A DNA stretch of 27,188 nt. Origin: a virus. The notes under the pieces were generated by a model. The model had not been told where the DNA came from. It searched no databases and was given only the letters and a program-made list of their open reading frames with translations. Both the position numbers and the translations under genes were made by a program. Location of the stretch: IMG/VR virus record IMGVR_UViG_3300001480_000091. One strand, 5' to 3'. Every line of letters begins with the position of its first letter. Positions within the stretch are counted from its first letter, which is position 1. Positions 5,833-13,509 of this stretch are shown here, piece after piece.

Positions 5833-6063
5833 TTAATCCTCCTTTATCATTTCACGAATTTTTTTCATTCCTTCCATTATTTGTTTTAATATCTCTGATG
5901 CTACTTTTTTATTTATATTATCTAATTCTTTACATACATACTTATATGCTATTGTTGTATCTTCATCAGCTTCTGATAAATCATTATTAATCATAGCTTC
6001 TGTTACTTTACTTAAAATTGATCCTGCTATAAATAACTGCGTTCCACTTAACTTTTTTTTCAT
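5833..6063 (-). CDS. Hypothetical acidic protein (76 aa)
   Basis: ORF whose start overlaps the methyltransferase stop. Confidence 0.7.
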   Translation of the reverse strand: MKKKLSGTQLFIAGSILSKVTEAMINNDLSEADEDTTIAYKYVCKELDNINKKVASEILKQIMEGMKKIREMIKED

Positions 6064-7043
6064 TATTTATCACTTCCTAACTTATCAAAGTCTGTAAATA
6101 TACTTGTTTGCCCATTTGCATTTATTCCATTCAACCTATCGACTGCAATTTTGTGATATTTTGGGTTTAATTCTATTCCTATGTATTTTCTGTTTAATCT
6201 CTTTGCTGCAACACAAGTTGTTCCACTTCCAACAAAGGTATCTAAAACTACCCCTCCCTCATCACTAGAATTGATTATTAAATTCTCAATAATATTTAAT
6301 GGTTTTATTGTTGGATGTTCAAATTTATCTTTATCCAATACATTACAAGGCGTAACATAATATTTCTTTTTTGTTTCAACTGTGCCGTTTAATTTAACGC
6401 CATTTTCTCTCGCAAATACACAATACTCTGTATCACTTAAATATGTATTGTTGCAAGTGGGAATAGGGTTTGTCTTATGCCAAGTAAGTAAATCTAAATT
6501 GCAACCAAGATCATCAAAATAATCTATAATTTGTCTTAATTGACCTTTACTACACCAAATATAAATATTTATTTTTTTCATAACTCTACAAAGTTCGTCT
6601 AATATATCATTAGAAAAACCTTTTGAAATAAAATAAGTATTTTCTCTATTGTCAATAGCATCAGCTATAACTCTTAATCTTTCACTTTCTTCATCTTTTC
6701 CATGCTTTCTAACATAATCTTCGTATGTTTTTCTTTCTGGTGTGATATTCATATCAGTAAGGTTTATTTCACTATGATAATTTCTTTTTTTTGTACCAAA
6801 ACAACCACCACCACTAGAATAACCTGTACCTACTTTTCTTTTAGTTATATCAGTATCTAATGAGTACATTTCTTTTTTTTGACTATATTTTCTTTTTGCT
6901 ATATCACTACTACCATTTCCACCAGCACAAAATTGATATGGTGGATCAATTATAACCAAATCAATACTGTTATCAGGAATATTCTTTATTAATTCATAGC
7001 AATCTCCTAGTTGAATCGTATTTATGATGTCCTCAAATTTCAT
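6063..7043 (-). CDS. Orphan DNA methyltransferase, beta-class amino-MTase (N6-A or N4-C)
   Basis: 326 aa. The catalytic motif DLVIIDPPYQF is near the N-terminus. EHPTIKP and the AdoMet motif VLDTFVGSGTT are near the C-terminus (circular-permuted beta order). There is no adjacent restriction gene. Confidence 0.9.
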   Translation of the reverse strand: MKFEDIINTIQLGDCYELIKNIPDNSIDLVIIDPPYQFCAGGNGSSDIAKRKYSQKKEMYSLDTDITKRKVGTGYSSGGGCFGTKKRNYHSEINLTDMNITPERKTYEDYVRKHGKDEESERLRVIADAIDNRENTYFISKGFSNDILDELCRVMKKINIYIWCSKGQLRQIIDYFDDLGCNLDLLTWHKTNPIPTCNNTYLSDTEYCVFARENGVKLNGTVETKKKYYVTPCNVLDKDKFEHPTIKPLNIIENLIINSSDEGGVVLDTFVGSGTTCVAAKRLNRKYIGIELNPKYHKIAVDRLNGINANGQTSIFTDFDKLGSDK

Positions 7044-7085
7044 TTATCCACCACCTTAATAACCTCGTATCTATCTTTTCTATCA

Positions 7086-7439
7086 CTATTTATCACTTCC
7101 TAAACACTTGCTATAATTTTTCTTGATTCTTTTAAATACTTCTTTTGCTGATAAATAACCTGCTACTGAATCATACTTTTTTTCACTATTTGTTAAACAT
7201 CCCATTATTTCTAGCAAATCCTGTTCTGCTCCATATGTTGCCATACCTTGAATAACAGATATTAATCTTTCTGGAGATTCAGCTTCTTCTTGATTAGGCT
7301 TATAGATTATTATTTGATATGAAGGATATTCTATTTTAGGATCAACATTGAAAAAACTCCTATCGTAAAATTCATATGGAATATTTTCTTTATCCAGCAT
7401 TACTTTTAACTTAAATATTTCTTTATATGTAACTATCAC
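7086..7439 (-). CDS. Hypothetical protein (117 aa, GTG start)
   Basis: ORF with a GTG start preceded by GAGGAG. It ends ...CLGSDK, as does the methyltransferase. Confidence 0.75.
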   Translation of the reverse strand: MIVTYKEIFKLKVMLDKENIPYEFYDRSFFNVDPKIEYPSYQIIIYKPNQEEAESPERLISVIQGMATYGAEQDLLEIMGCLTNSEKKYDSVAGYLSAKEVFKRIKKNYSKCLGSDK

Positions 7440-7445
7440 TCTTTA

Positions 7446-7727
7446 TCACTCCTCTGGCATTTCAAAAATCTTAATCATATTGCACAAAATTTTACTTTTA
7501 ACTTCTATATCAGCTGTTTCATATGGAGAATTTACTATATTAACTTCTGTATATATAAAATTTTCTATTTTATCTAATACTTCTAATGCTCTTTCTTTGG
7601 TGTTATATTTTCCTAAAAACCAATTTGGATTTTCGTTATAATATCCTCTTATTTCTTTATTTAGCATTATAACTGCCTTAATGTTTACTAAACAACTTTT
7701 ATCTTGACTTCTTATCCATAATTCCAT
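7446..7727 (-). CDS. Hypothetical protein (93 aa, MELWIRSQDKS...)
   Basis: ORF with SD AGGAGGAAA. Confidence 0.8.
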   Translation of the reverse strand: MELWIRSQDKSCLVNIKAVIMLNKEIRGYYNENPNWFLGKYNTKERALEVLDKIENFIYTEVNIVNSPYETADIEVKSKILCNMIKIFEMPEE

Positions 7728-7764
7728 ACTAATTTCCTCCTATCCTATCAATATAAAATCTTAA

Positions 7765-7941
7765 TCATTCATAACAATGCTTATTAAATACTATGCTGTT
7801 TTTATTTAATATTTCTTCTTTTAGTTCATCTGTTAATGGATTATAAATAAAATATTTGAATCCATATTCTTGGAATTGAATATAACTTTTAGTAACTTGT
7901 TTTAATCCTTCAAAATGGATTATTGTATTATTTTCACTCAA
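7765..7941 (-). CDS. Possible 58-aa ORF with a TTG start
   Basis: An open frame fills a 206-nt gap. The only start candidate is a TTG overlapping the upstream stop, and there is no clear SD. Confidence 0.3.
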   Translation of the reverse strand: MSENNTIIHFEGLKQVTKSYIQFQEYGFKYFIYNPLTDELKEEILNKNSIVFNKHCYE

Positions 7942-8116
7942 TTAATATCAACTCTTTTCTATTTTTACCTTTTTTAACTCTTTTTTTATAAGTAGGAGTT
8001 AAATAGAATTTTATTGTTTTTTCTTGCACATTAAATTGTTCTGCTAATTCTTTAATTGAACCAACACCTAGACATTTTTCTCCCTTATACAATGCATACT
8101 CTTTTATTTCTTTCAT
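7934..8116 (-). CDS. Small putative DNA-binding protein (HTH-like)
   Basis: 60 aa. The GSIKELAEQFNVQEKTIKFYL segment looks like a helix-turn-helix, and the tail is basic. Confidence 0.6.
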   Translation of the reverse strand: MKEIKEYALYKGEKCLGVGSIKELAEQFNVQEKTIKFYLTPTYKKRVKKGKNRKELILIE

Positions 8117-8374
8117 TTACACTCTTTTGTTTTCTTCCTTCTCAATCATATTTAGCAATATACAAAATCTATACCAATAATGTTTAGCATTATTCTTTTG
8201 GCAATACATTCTTCTTAGATCATCTGACAATGTTTCATTTCTTTCATTAGCATCTTTCAATTCTTTTAAAGTCTTATAATATTTTCTTTTCCAATAATAT
8301 CTGTTTTTATCAATTGTTAGTTCTCTATATGCTTTTTTTATTTTTCTTTTAATTTCTTTAAATTTTTCCTTCAT
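8117..8374 (-). CDS. Hypothetical basic protein (85 aa)
   Basis: ORF with SD GGAGAAG. Confidence 0.7.
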   Translation of the reverse strand: MKEKFKEIKRKIKKAYRELTIDKNRYYWKRKYYKTLKELKDANERNETLSDDLRRMYCQKNNAKHYWYRFCILLNMIEKEENKRV

Positions 8375-8750
8375 TATTCTTCTCCAATATTTTTAGTTTA
8401 AATAAATCTCTTTCTTGATAGTATGGAATGCCATGATATATAGGTAATATTCCTTTATGACATTGAAGTAAAATATCACATGGAGTAATATCTTCAATTA
8501 TTACTAAGTCATTCTTTACTGAAAAATATAATTGGAGCTTTCCATAGCATTTTATGAACAATTCATCTATAGGAATATCTATTGAATAGATTCCATCTTT
8601 TTTTCCACATTCAGTTAAACTAGGCATTATTTCAAAAGTTAAATGTTTATATGATTTTTTAAAATACATTTTTAATCCTTTTAATTTTTTTCTAAAATCA
8701 TTTTCATCCAATATCACTATATTTTTCTTCAATAAATATGTATTAACCAT
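8358..8750 (-). CDS. Hypothetical protein (130 aa)
   Basis: ORF overlapping its neighbours. Confidence 0.75.
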   Translation of the reverse strand: MVNTYLLKKNIVILDENDFRKKLKGLKMYFKKSYKHLTFEIMPSLTECGKKDGIYSIDIPIDELFIKCYGKLQLYFSVKNDLVIIEDITPCDILLQCHKGILPIYHGIPYYQERDLFKLKILEKNNEGKI

Positions 8751-8919
8751 TAATCTCTTTAACCTGTTTTATAATCATTAGTAAATAATTATATTGCCAA
8801 ACTGACATATCTCTAATATTAGTAATATTGCATACTTTTTTTATCCAATCTAATTGAATATAATATTTATTTAAAATTTCATATAATCTTTCTATTTGTT
8901 CTTCATTTATTTTTTCCAT
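8743..8919 (-). CDS. Hypothetical protein (58 aa, MEKINEEQIERLYEILNKYY...)
   Basis: ATG preceded by AGGAGGAATT. It has an 8-nt overlap with ORF 8358-8750 and is below the track cut-off. Confidence 0.6.
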   Translation of the reverse strand: MEKINEEQIERLYEILNKYYIQLDWIKKVCNITNIRDMSVWQYNYLLMIIKQVKEING

Positions 8920-8927
8920 AATTCCTC

Positions 8928-10139
8928 CTAATCAAATCTTTGATTTAATTTGTTGTAAGAATATTTAGTCATTCCTAAAGAACCATTTCTATTTTTTCCA
9001 ATTAAGAAACTAATATCTACTTGATCCTTACTAATATTCTTATCTTGTAATTCATCATGCATTAATATTACTGTTGTTGCTGATTGTTCTAATTCCCCTG
9101 AATCTTTAAGTTCTGATATTTTTGGTAATTGTTTATTATCTGCACTTCTATTTAATTGGCTAACTAAAAATATTGTGCAGTCATAGTCTAAACTTATTTG
9201 TCTAAGTTCTTTTACTATTTCAGTTAAATTCTCATATAAAGTAGATTCCTTTTTTGATTTAATTAATCCTACATGGTCTATAAATGCTATAGTATGTCCA
9301 TTCTTACATTCATTCATAATCTTTCTTCTAATACTTGCTACTGTCTGTCCTTGCGAATATATTTTTATTTTCTTTCTTGAAATATTTTCACAAGCATTTT
9401 TTATTATTTCTTGTTGATATTCAGTTTCTGGATTATCTAAATAATTCATGTCTATCTTAGAATTAATAGAAACTAATCTCTGATATAATTGTTTTTCAGA
9501 TATTTCCATATTGAAATATAAGCAGTTATATTGATCTGATAAATCCTCTAATAAATTTAGACAAAAACCACTTTTACCTAATCCTGTTCTTGCAGCTATT
9601 ATCACTAAGTCATGTTCTTGGATATTAGCAGTATCAGATAATTTTTTAAATCTAAAACTTATATTTTTATTTTTAGCATTTATTAATTGAAATATTTCTT
9701 TTCCATTTAGTTTATTTTCATCTAATTTAATATTCATGCTTTCTAGTTTATGTATAACTTCTAGCATTTCTTCTTTTGATATTTGTTTATTTTTGAATTG
9801 ATTAATAACTTTCATCATTTCATTGTCTATATACTTTTGAAATAATAAATCTTGAAAGTAATCATAATCATTAACTTGCAATAAAGTATCTGATAATAGT
9901 TCAGTTAATCTTTGAACAATTTTAGTAGCAGGATATTTAGTAGTGAATGAAGATTTATATGATTCTACTAATCCAATAATGTTTATAGATTGAATATCTT
10001 CATACTGCTTTTTTAATAGCTTAAAAATAAATTTGTTTTCATCCAATAGGAAATGTTGTTCTGTTATTACTGTTCTTTTAAATAATTCTGGTTTTAGTAA
10101 TAAATGTCCTAATACAATTTCTTCTATGTCATTATTCAT
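8928..10139 (-). CDS. Replicative DNA helicase, DnaB-like
   Basis: 403 aa. It has an N-terminal DnaB-type domain (EEIVLGHLLLKPELF), Walker A (ARTGLGKSGF), Walker B-like (IAFIDHVGLI), and LVSQLNR...GELEQSA motifs. Confidence 0.9.
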   Translation of the reverse strand: MNNDIEEIVLGHLLLKPELFKRTVITEQHFLLDENKFIFKLLKKQYEDIQSINIIGLVESYKSSFTTKYPATKIVQRLTELLSDTLLQVNDYDYFQDLLFQKYIDNEMMKVINQFKNKQISKEEMLEVIHKLESMNIKLDENKLNGKEIFQLINAKNKNISFRFKKLSDTANIQEHDLVIIAARTGLGKSGFCLNLLEDLSDQYNCLYFNMEISEKQLYQRLVSINSKIDMNYLDNPETEYQQEIIKNACENISRKKIKIYSQGQTVASIRRKIMNECKNGHTIAFIDHVGLIKSKKESTLYENLTEIVKELRQISLDYDCTIFLVSQLNRSADNKQLPKISELKDSGELEQSATTVILMHDELQDKNISKDQVDISFLIGKNRNGSLGMTKYSYNKLNQRFD

Positions 10140-10783
10140 TAAAGTTCTTTATAGTAACTAATATTATTTTCTTTTTCTTTTTGTTTAGGTTTTTTATTAC
10201 TAAATTCATCTATGTAATTTTTAACATCTGTTATTGTTTCTAATTTATTTTGTTTCCAATTAAATAAAACTCTATCTATATACTTTATTGTTTTAGCATT
10301 ATGTAACATTGCTTCTTTTATAGCTAATACTATAATTTCTTCATCATAATCCCAATTCTTAATAACTTCTATTTCTATAGGAGATAAAACTCTACCTAAA
10401 TTTTTTTCTACTACATCAAAAATACTTTCTTTATATATTTCTTTATCTTCTTCTTCTTTATTCTCTTTGGCGTTTTGGCAATACCCCTGTTGCCATTTGG
10501 CAATACCCCTAATCTTAATTTTTCTTTGTTTTATCTCATTTCCTTGCCTTATGTATTCAACTTCTAAGTAGTTTTTATCTTTTAAGCTATTAATCCATTT
10601 ACTTATTGTGCTAGGATCAACTTTATATAAATTAGCAAAGTAAGTATTACTGGCATAACATTCTCCAGATTTATCTAATAAAGATGTTATTTCTCCATAT
10701 AATATTTTTTCATTTGCTTTTAGTTCTGTATCATATCTTACATCTGCTGGAATAACAGCATAGTAATTTGGTTTTTTTTCCAT
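10139..10783 (-). CDS. Replisome organiser / replication initiator with a C-terminal DnaD-type domain
   Basis: 214 aa. The N-terminus is winged-helix-like (YASNTYFANLYKVDPSTISKWINSLKDKNYLEV). The C-terminus reads IEVIKNWDYDEEIIVLAIKEAMLHNAKTIKYIDRVLFNWKQN. It lies directly upstream of the helicase. Confidence 0.85.
   Translation of the reverse strand: MEKKPNYYAVIPADVRYDTELKANEKILYGEITSLLDKSGECYASNTYFANLYKVDPSTISKWINSLKDKNYLEVEYIRQGNEIKQRKIKIRGIAKWQQGYCQNAKENKEEEDKEIYKESIFDVVEKNLGRVLSPIEIEVIKNWDYDEEIIVLAIKEAMLHNAKTIKYIDRVLFNWKQNKLETITDVKNYIDEFSNKKPKQKEKENNISYYKEL
10474..10510. repeat. Two direct 15-bp repeats TTTGGCAATACCCCT spaced 22 bp apart (putative origin iterons)
   Basis: Exact copies at 10474-10488 and 10496-10510, with GGCAA/TTGCC dyad symmetry. 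They form a G+C-rich island inside the inter-domain linker of the organiser gene. Confidence 0.5.
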
Positions 10784-10793
10784 ATCTTTCCCC

Positions 10794-11066
10794 CTAATAT
10801 CTAAATAATTTATAAGTTGAAAGACTCATAAGAATTGTTGTAACTGCAAATGTTACTAAATAAGTTAATACTCCTGTTAATGTAGTTGTTTGTGATCCTA
10901 ATAATGCTAAAATTCCAACTACAATGCTGTAAAAGAATAATGTTATAAAGAATACACTTTCTTTTGCGTTTCTTCTCTTTTCTTCTCTTTTTGCTTTCTT
11001 AATATTTTCCATTCTTGCTTTCTTATAATTATTATTTATAATTTCCATCATTTTTTTATCTTCCAT
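10794..11066 (-). CDS. Membrane protein (two predicted TM helices, basic N-terminus)
   Basis: 90 aa ORF with SD AAAAGGAGAAAAAGGGAA and hydrophobic segments FFITLFFYSIVVGILALLG and VLTYLVTFAVTTILMSL. Confidence 0.7.
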   Translation of the reverse strand: MEDKKMMEIINNNYKKARMENIKKAKREEKRRNAKESVFFITLFFYSIVVGILALLGSQTTTLTGVLTYLVTFAVTTILMSLSTYKLFRY

Positions 11067-11090
11067 TTCCCTTTTTCTCCTTTTCTTTTT

Positions 11091-11300
11091 TTATTTACTT
11101 TCTTTTTTAAATAATGTGTAATAGTCTTTGTCGAAGTATTCACATAACTTATCAATCTCACTTATTGTCCATTCAGTTTTTCCTGCTAATCTATTGCTTA
11201 TTGCAGGTCTACTCATTTCTAGTAATTTAGCAAGTGAAGTTTGTGATTCTCCTTTTTTTGCCATTTCTCCAACAAGTTCTGGATAATAAACTTTCTTCAT
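11091..11300 (-). CDS. Cro-like / XRE-type HTH regulator, first early gene
   Basis: 69 aa with ESQTSLAKLLEMSRPAISNRLAGKTEWTISEIDKLCEYF (HTH plus a DUF739-like tail). It is the first gene after the early promoters. Confidence 0.8.
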   Translation of the reverse strand: MKKVYYPELVGEMAKKGESQTSLAKLLEMSRPAISNRLAGKTEWTISEIDKLCEYFDKDYYTLFKKESK

Positions 11301-11317
11301 TACTGCTCCTTTCTAGA

Positions 11318-11360
11318 CAAACAAAAACACCACCTAAGATTGAGTATCTTAAGTGGTGTT
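11318..11360 (-). terminator. Leader terminator/attenuator between the early promoters and the cro-like gene
   Basis: The minus strand reads AACACCACUUAAGAU-ACUCA-AUCUUAGGUGGUGUU. This is 15 bp with one G-U wobble that only works in the minus sense, followed by UUUGUUUG. It ends ~18 nt before the ATG. Confidence 0.6.
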
Positions 11361-11402
11361 TAACTACTTCAAATTGATATTATGTTAACTACTTAAGATA
11401 CA

Positions 11403-11464
11403 ATTATAAGTTGTTTATGTTCCCCTTACAATTACATCTTACAATACCTGTTTTTTATAGTCAA
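11403..11464 (-). promoter_or_regulatory. Two tandem sigma-A-type early promoters
   Basis: P1 is TTGACT (11464-11459), 17 nt, TAAGAT (11441-11436). P2 is TTGTAA (11431-11426), 17 nt, TATAAT (11408-11403). Both face the early operon. Confidence 0.55.
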
Positions 11465-11568
11465 CTTTTTTTTCAATTTATTTTTTAACTTTACACATTA
11501 ATATTTTACAATGATGGTTTTTTATCAATTTAAGCAGTTATTCTTAACAATGAACCTTCATATCCTTA

Positions 11569-11856
11569 TTAATATAAAATAAGGTTTATAATTAATAATC
11601 CTATTATAAAATATAATAAAGATATAATATGCTTTACAATTATTTCTTTGATCTGTTTCTTTTTTAAATAATTTTGTTTTCTTTTTTCTATCATCTTGTA
11701 ATATTCTATTTCAGTATATAATTTGTCTTTGTAGCAATATTCAATGTTAAGCAATTTCCAACCCATAGAAGTATAATCTCCAATTCTATAGGGTGGATTA
11801 GTATTTCTATATCTTTCTAAAATACTGCCATCTCTTTTTTGATAAGTTACCTTCAT
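11569..11856 (-). CDS. Tail-anchored membrane protein (95 aa) in a moron-like position
   Basis: The start is taken at ATG 11854-11856 (MKVTYQKRDG...). The track's TTG start at 11922 lies inside the terminator U-tract and promoter. The C-terminal TM helix is IISLLYFIIGLLIINLILY. Confidence 0.6.
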   Translation of the reverse strand: MKVTYQKRDGSILERYRNTNPPYRIGDYTSMGWKLLNIEYCYKDKLYTEIEYYKMIEKRKQNYLKKKQIKEIIVKHIISLLYFIIGLLIINLILY

Positions 11857-11893
11857 CACTTCCCCTACTCCACCTCCTTTTTGAGGGTGGTAT

Positions 11894-11922
11894 ATTTTAC
11901 CATAATTTTTAATTTTATTCAA
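11894..11922 (-). promoter_or_regulatory. Promoter for the moron gene
   Basis: TTGAAT (11922-11917), 17 nt, TGgTAAAAT extended -10 (11902-11894), immediately after the late terminator. Confidence 0.45.
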
Positions 11923-11956
11923 ACAAAAAAAATAAGACTAGAAATAATCTAGTCTT
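11921..11956 (-). terminator. Intrinsic terminator ending the late (structural/lysis) operon
   Basis: The minus strand reads AAGACUAG-AUUAUUU-CUAGUCUU followed by AUUUUUUUUGUUU, ~110 nt after the endolysin stop. Confidence 0.75.
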
Positions 11957-12064
11957 TTTTGCCTTATATTTTGATTTTTAAGTTTTGGTGATACATTATA
12001 CCTTTTTTGTGTTTTCATTAGAATTTACTATACTTTTGCTATCAATTTCTTGATGATTTCATTT

Positions 12065-13000
12065 TTATTTAACTCTTAATTTTTGTCCTGGGTATATTAA
12101 GTTTACGTTCTTAATATTATTCCATTTTGCTATTTGATTTACTGTTGTTCCATATTGTCTTGCTATTTTAGTAAGATTATCTCCACTTCTTACTGTGTAA
12201 TAAGTTGCTGCAAGTTTTTTAACTCCTACTTTTTGATTTACTATATTTTGAACTGCTTGATAATCATAACCTGCTTGTGTTAAGCGATTCTTTCTATCTT
12301 CTCCATTACCCCATTTTTCTTGTAATACTTCATTAGCAAGTTCTTCATTTGATTTTTTACTAGGTTGAGATGGTTTAACTACAGGATTTGATGTTCCACT
12401 AGGATTAGCGTATTTTTTCCATGTATCAGCATCACCATAGAAGTAATTTAGATCAACATTTCCTCCATAAGTAGATATTCTACCTCTTGAAGTATATTGC
12501 CATAATATGTAAAAAGGCCACCATTTTACTACTGGTTTATTTCCTGAATTTCCTGTATTTGCTCCATAATCTGCTACCCATAATCCATAATCAGCATTTG
12601 CTACTGAACTCCAATTATAACTATTTATTGGTGAACGTGAAGCATATAATATAGCTCTTACTCCTGTTTTCTCATAGACTCTATCTAAAAATGCTTTTAC
12701 CCATGCTACGTTGCTTAAATTTCCACTTTCCCAATCTAAAACTAGAATAGCTTCTTTTATATAACCTTGTATATTTTTTAGAAACCAATCTGCTTCTCCT
12801 ATTGCTGAATTACCTAAATCAGGTCTAGCAAAGTGATAAACTCCTAAAAGTTTTCCATCTTTTTTTGCTCTTTGATATGCTTTATCACATTCTTCATCTA
12901 CATAGCCAATACCTTCTGTTGCTTTGCATATAACAAAGTCAACATCATTACCAAAGGTGATTCCTCTTTGATGATGTGAAATATCAATTCCTTTTAACAT
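12065..13000 (-). CDS. Endolysin: GH25 muramidase + Cpl-7/CW_7-like repeat + LysM
   Basis: The N-terminus has GIDISHHQ...[10 protein letters not shown]...GVYHFA...LDWE (GH25). The middle has [30 protein letters not shown] (CW_7-like). The C-terminus has [30 protein letters not shown]...IYPGQKLRV (LysM). Confidence 0.92.
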   Translation of the reverse strand: MLKGIDISHHQRGITFGNDVDFVICKATEGIGYVDEECDKAYQRAKKDGKLLGVYHFARPDLGNSAIGEADWFLKNIQGYIKEAILVLDWESGNLSNVAWVKAFLDRVYEKTGVRAILYASRSPINSYNWSSVANADYGLWVADYGANTGNSGNKPVVKWWPFYILWQYTSRGRISTYGGNVDLNYFYGDADTWKKYANPSGTSNPVVKPSQPSKKSNEELANEVLQEKWGNGEDRKNRLTQAGYDYQAVQNIVNQKVGVKKLAATYYTVRSGDNLTKIARQYGTTVNQIAKWNNIKNVNLIYPGQKLRVK

Positions 13001-13207
13001 TTATTTATCTCCTTTCTTATAATAATTATGATTAGATATGCCTGTAATGATACCTAAAAAAGTAGATATAGATGCTATTGTTAATATTATCTTTTCAGTA
13101 TCAAATCCATATATTTGTCCTAATGATCCTATTAATGTTATTAATGCATCAACAAGAATTAACAATATCCATTTTAAAGTATTATATGCTTTATTACTTA
13201 ATTTCAT
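13001..13207 (-). CDS. Holin
   Basis: 68 aa with two TM helices and a charged tail (YYKKGDK). It is directly upstream of and abutting the endolysin, with SD AGGAGGTTAAT. Confidence 0.8.
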   Translation of the reverse strand: MKLSNKAYNTLKWILLILVDALITLIGSLGQIYGFDTEKIILTIASISTFLGIITGISNHNYYKKGDK

Positions 13208-13216
13208 ATTAACCTC

Positions 13217-13492
13217 CTATACTATTTTATATGTTTGAACTTCTTTAACTATGTCTTTAACAAAAGAATTGCCTTTTAACTTGAAATAAAGTTGACTAGA
13301 CAATTCTATTGCTTCTAAATCATATTTGTGGATTTCTTTTTTCTCTTTGCAATTATCATAGATTTGTAATATGTCATTTCTTAATGAGCATTTAACACCT
13401 TCAATTAGTGATAAACTCAACTTTAGAAATCCTAATATTACTCCTGATGCAAACATTATTTGAACCCAATATGTAGCTATGAATTTTAACAT
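13217..13492 (-). CDS. Membrane protein of the lysis cassette (possible second holin or holin partner)
   Basis: 91 aa with an N-terminal TM helix (ATYWVQIMFASGVILGFL), sitting between the tail fibre and the holin. Confidence 0.6.
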   Translation of the reverse strand: MLKFIATYWVQIMFASGVILGFLKLSLSLIEGVKCSLRNDILQIYDNCKEKKEIHKYDLEAIELSSQLYFKLKGNSFVKDIVKEVQTYKIV

Positions 13493-13509
13493 TTCTCTTT
13501 ACCTCCCCT

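Noticed and set aside
6785-6880. Two A8/T8 homopolymer tracts inside the methyltransferase gene, considered as phase-variation switches
   Set aside because: Runs of 8-9 A/T occur in many other genes here (for example 4924-4932 and 10773-10780), simply because of Lys-rich proteins in an AT-rich genome. They are not specific to the MTase.
8358-8750. The C-terminal segment ...KLQLYFSVKNDLVIIEDITP... reminded me of RelE/ParE-type toxin strands
   Set aside because: The resemblance rests on one short beta-strand pattern. There is no catalytic Arg/Lys/Tyr pattern and no recognisable antitoxin partner. This cannot be supported without a profile search.
11301-11313. A 13-nt identity (TACTGCTCCTTTC on the plus strand) shared by the cro-like leader and the terS leader (55-67)
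   Set aside because: The shared word is essentially the SD plus spacer (GAAAGGAGCAGTA). It is most simply explained by convergent strong-RBS usage rather than a regulatory repeat.
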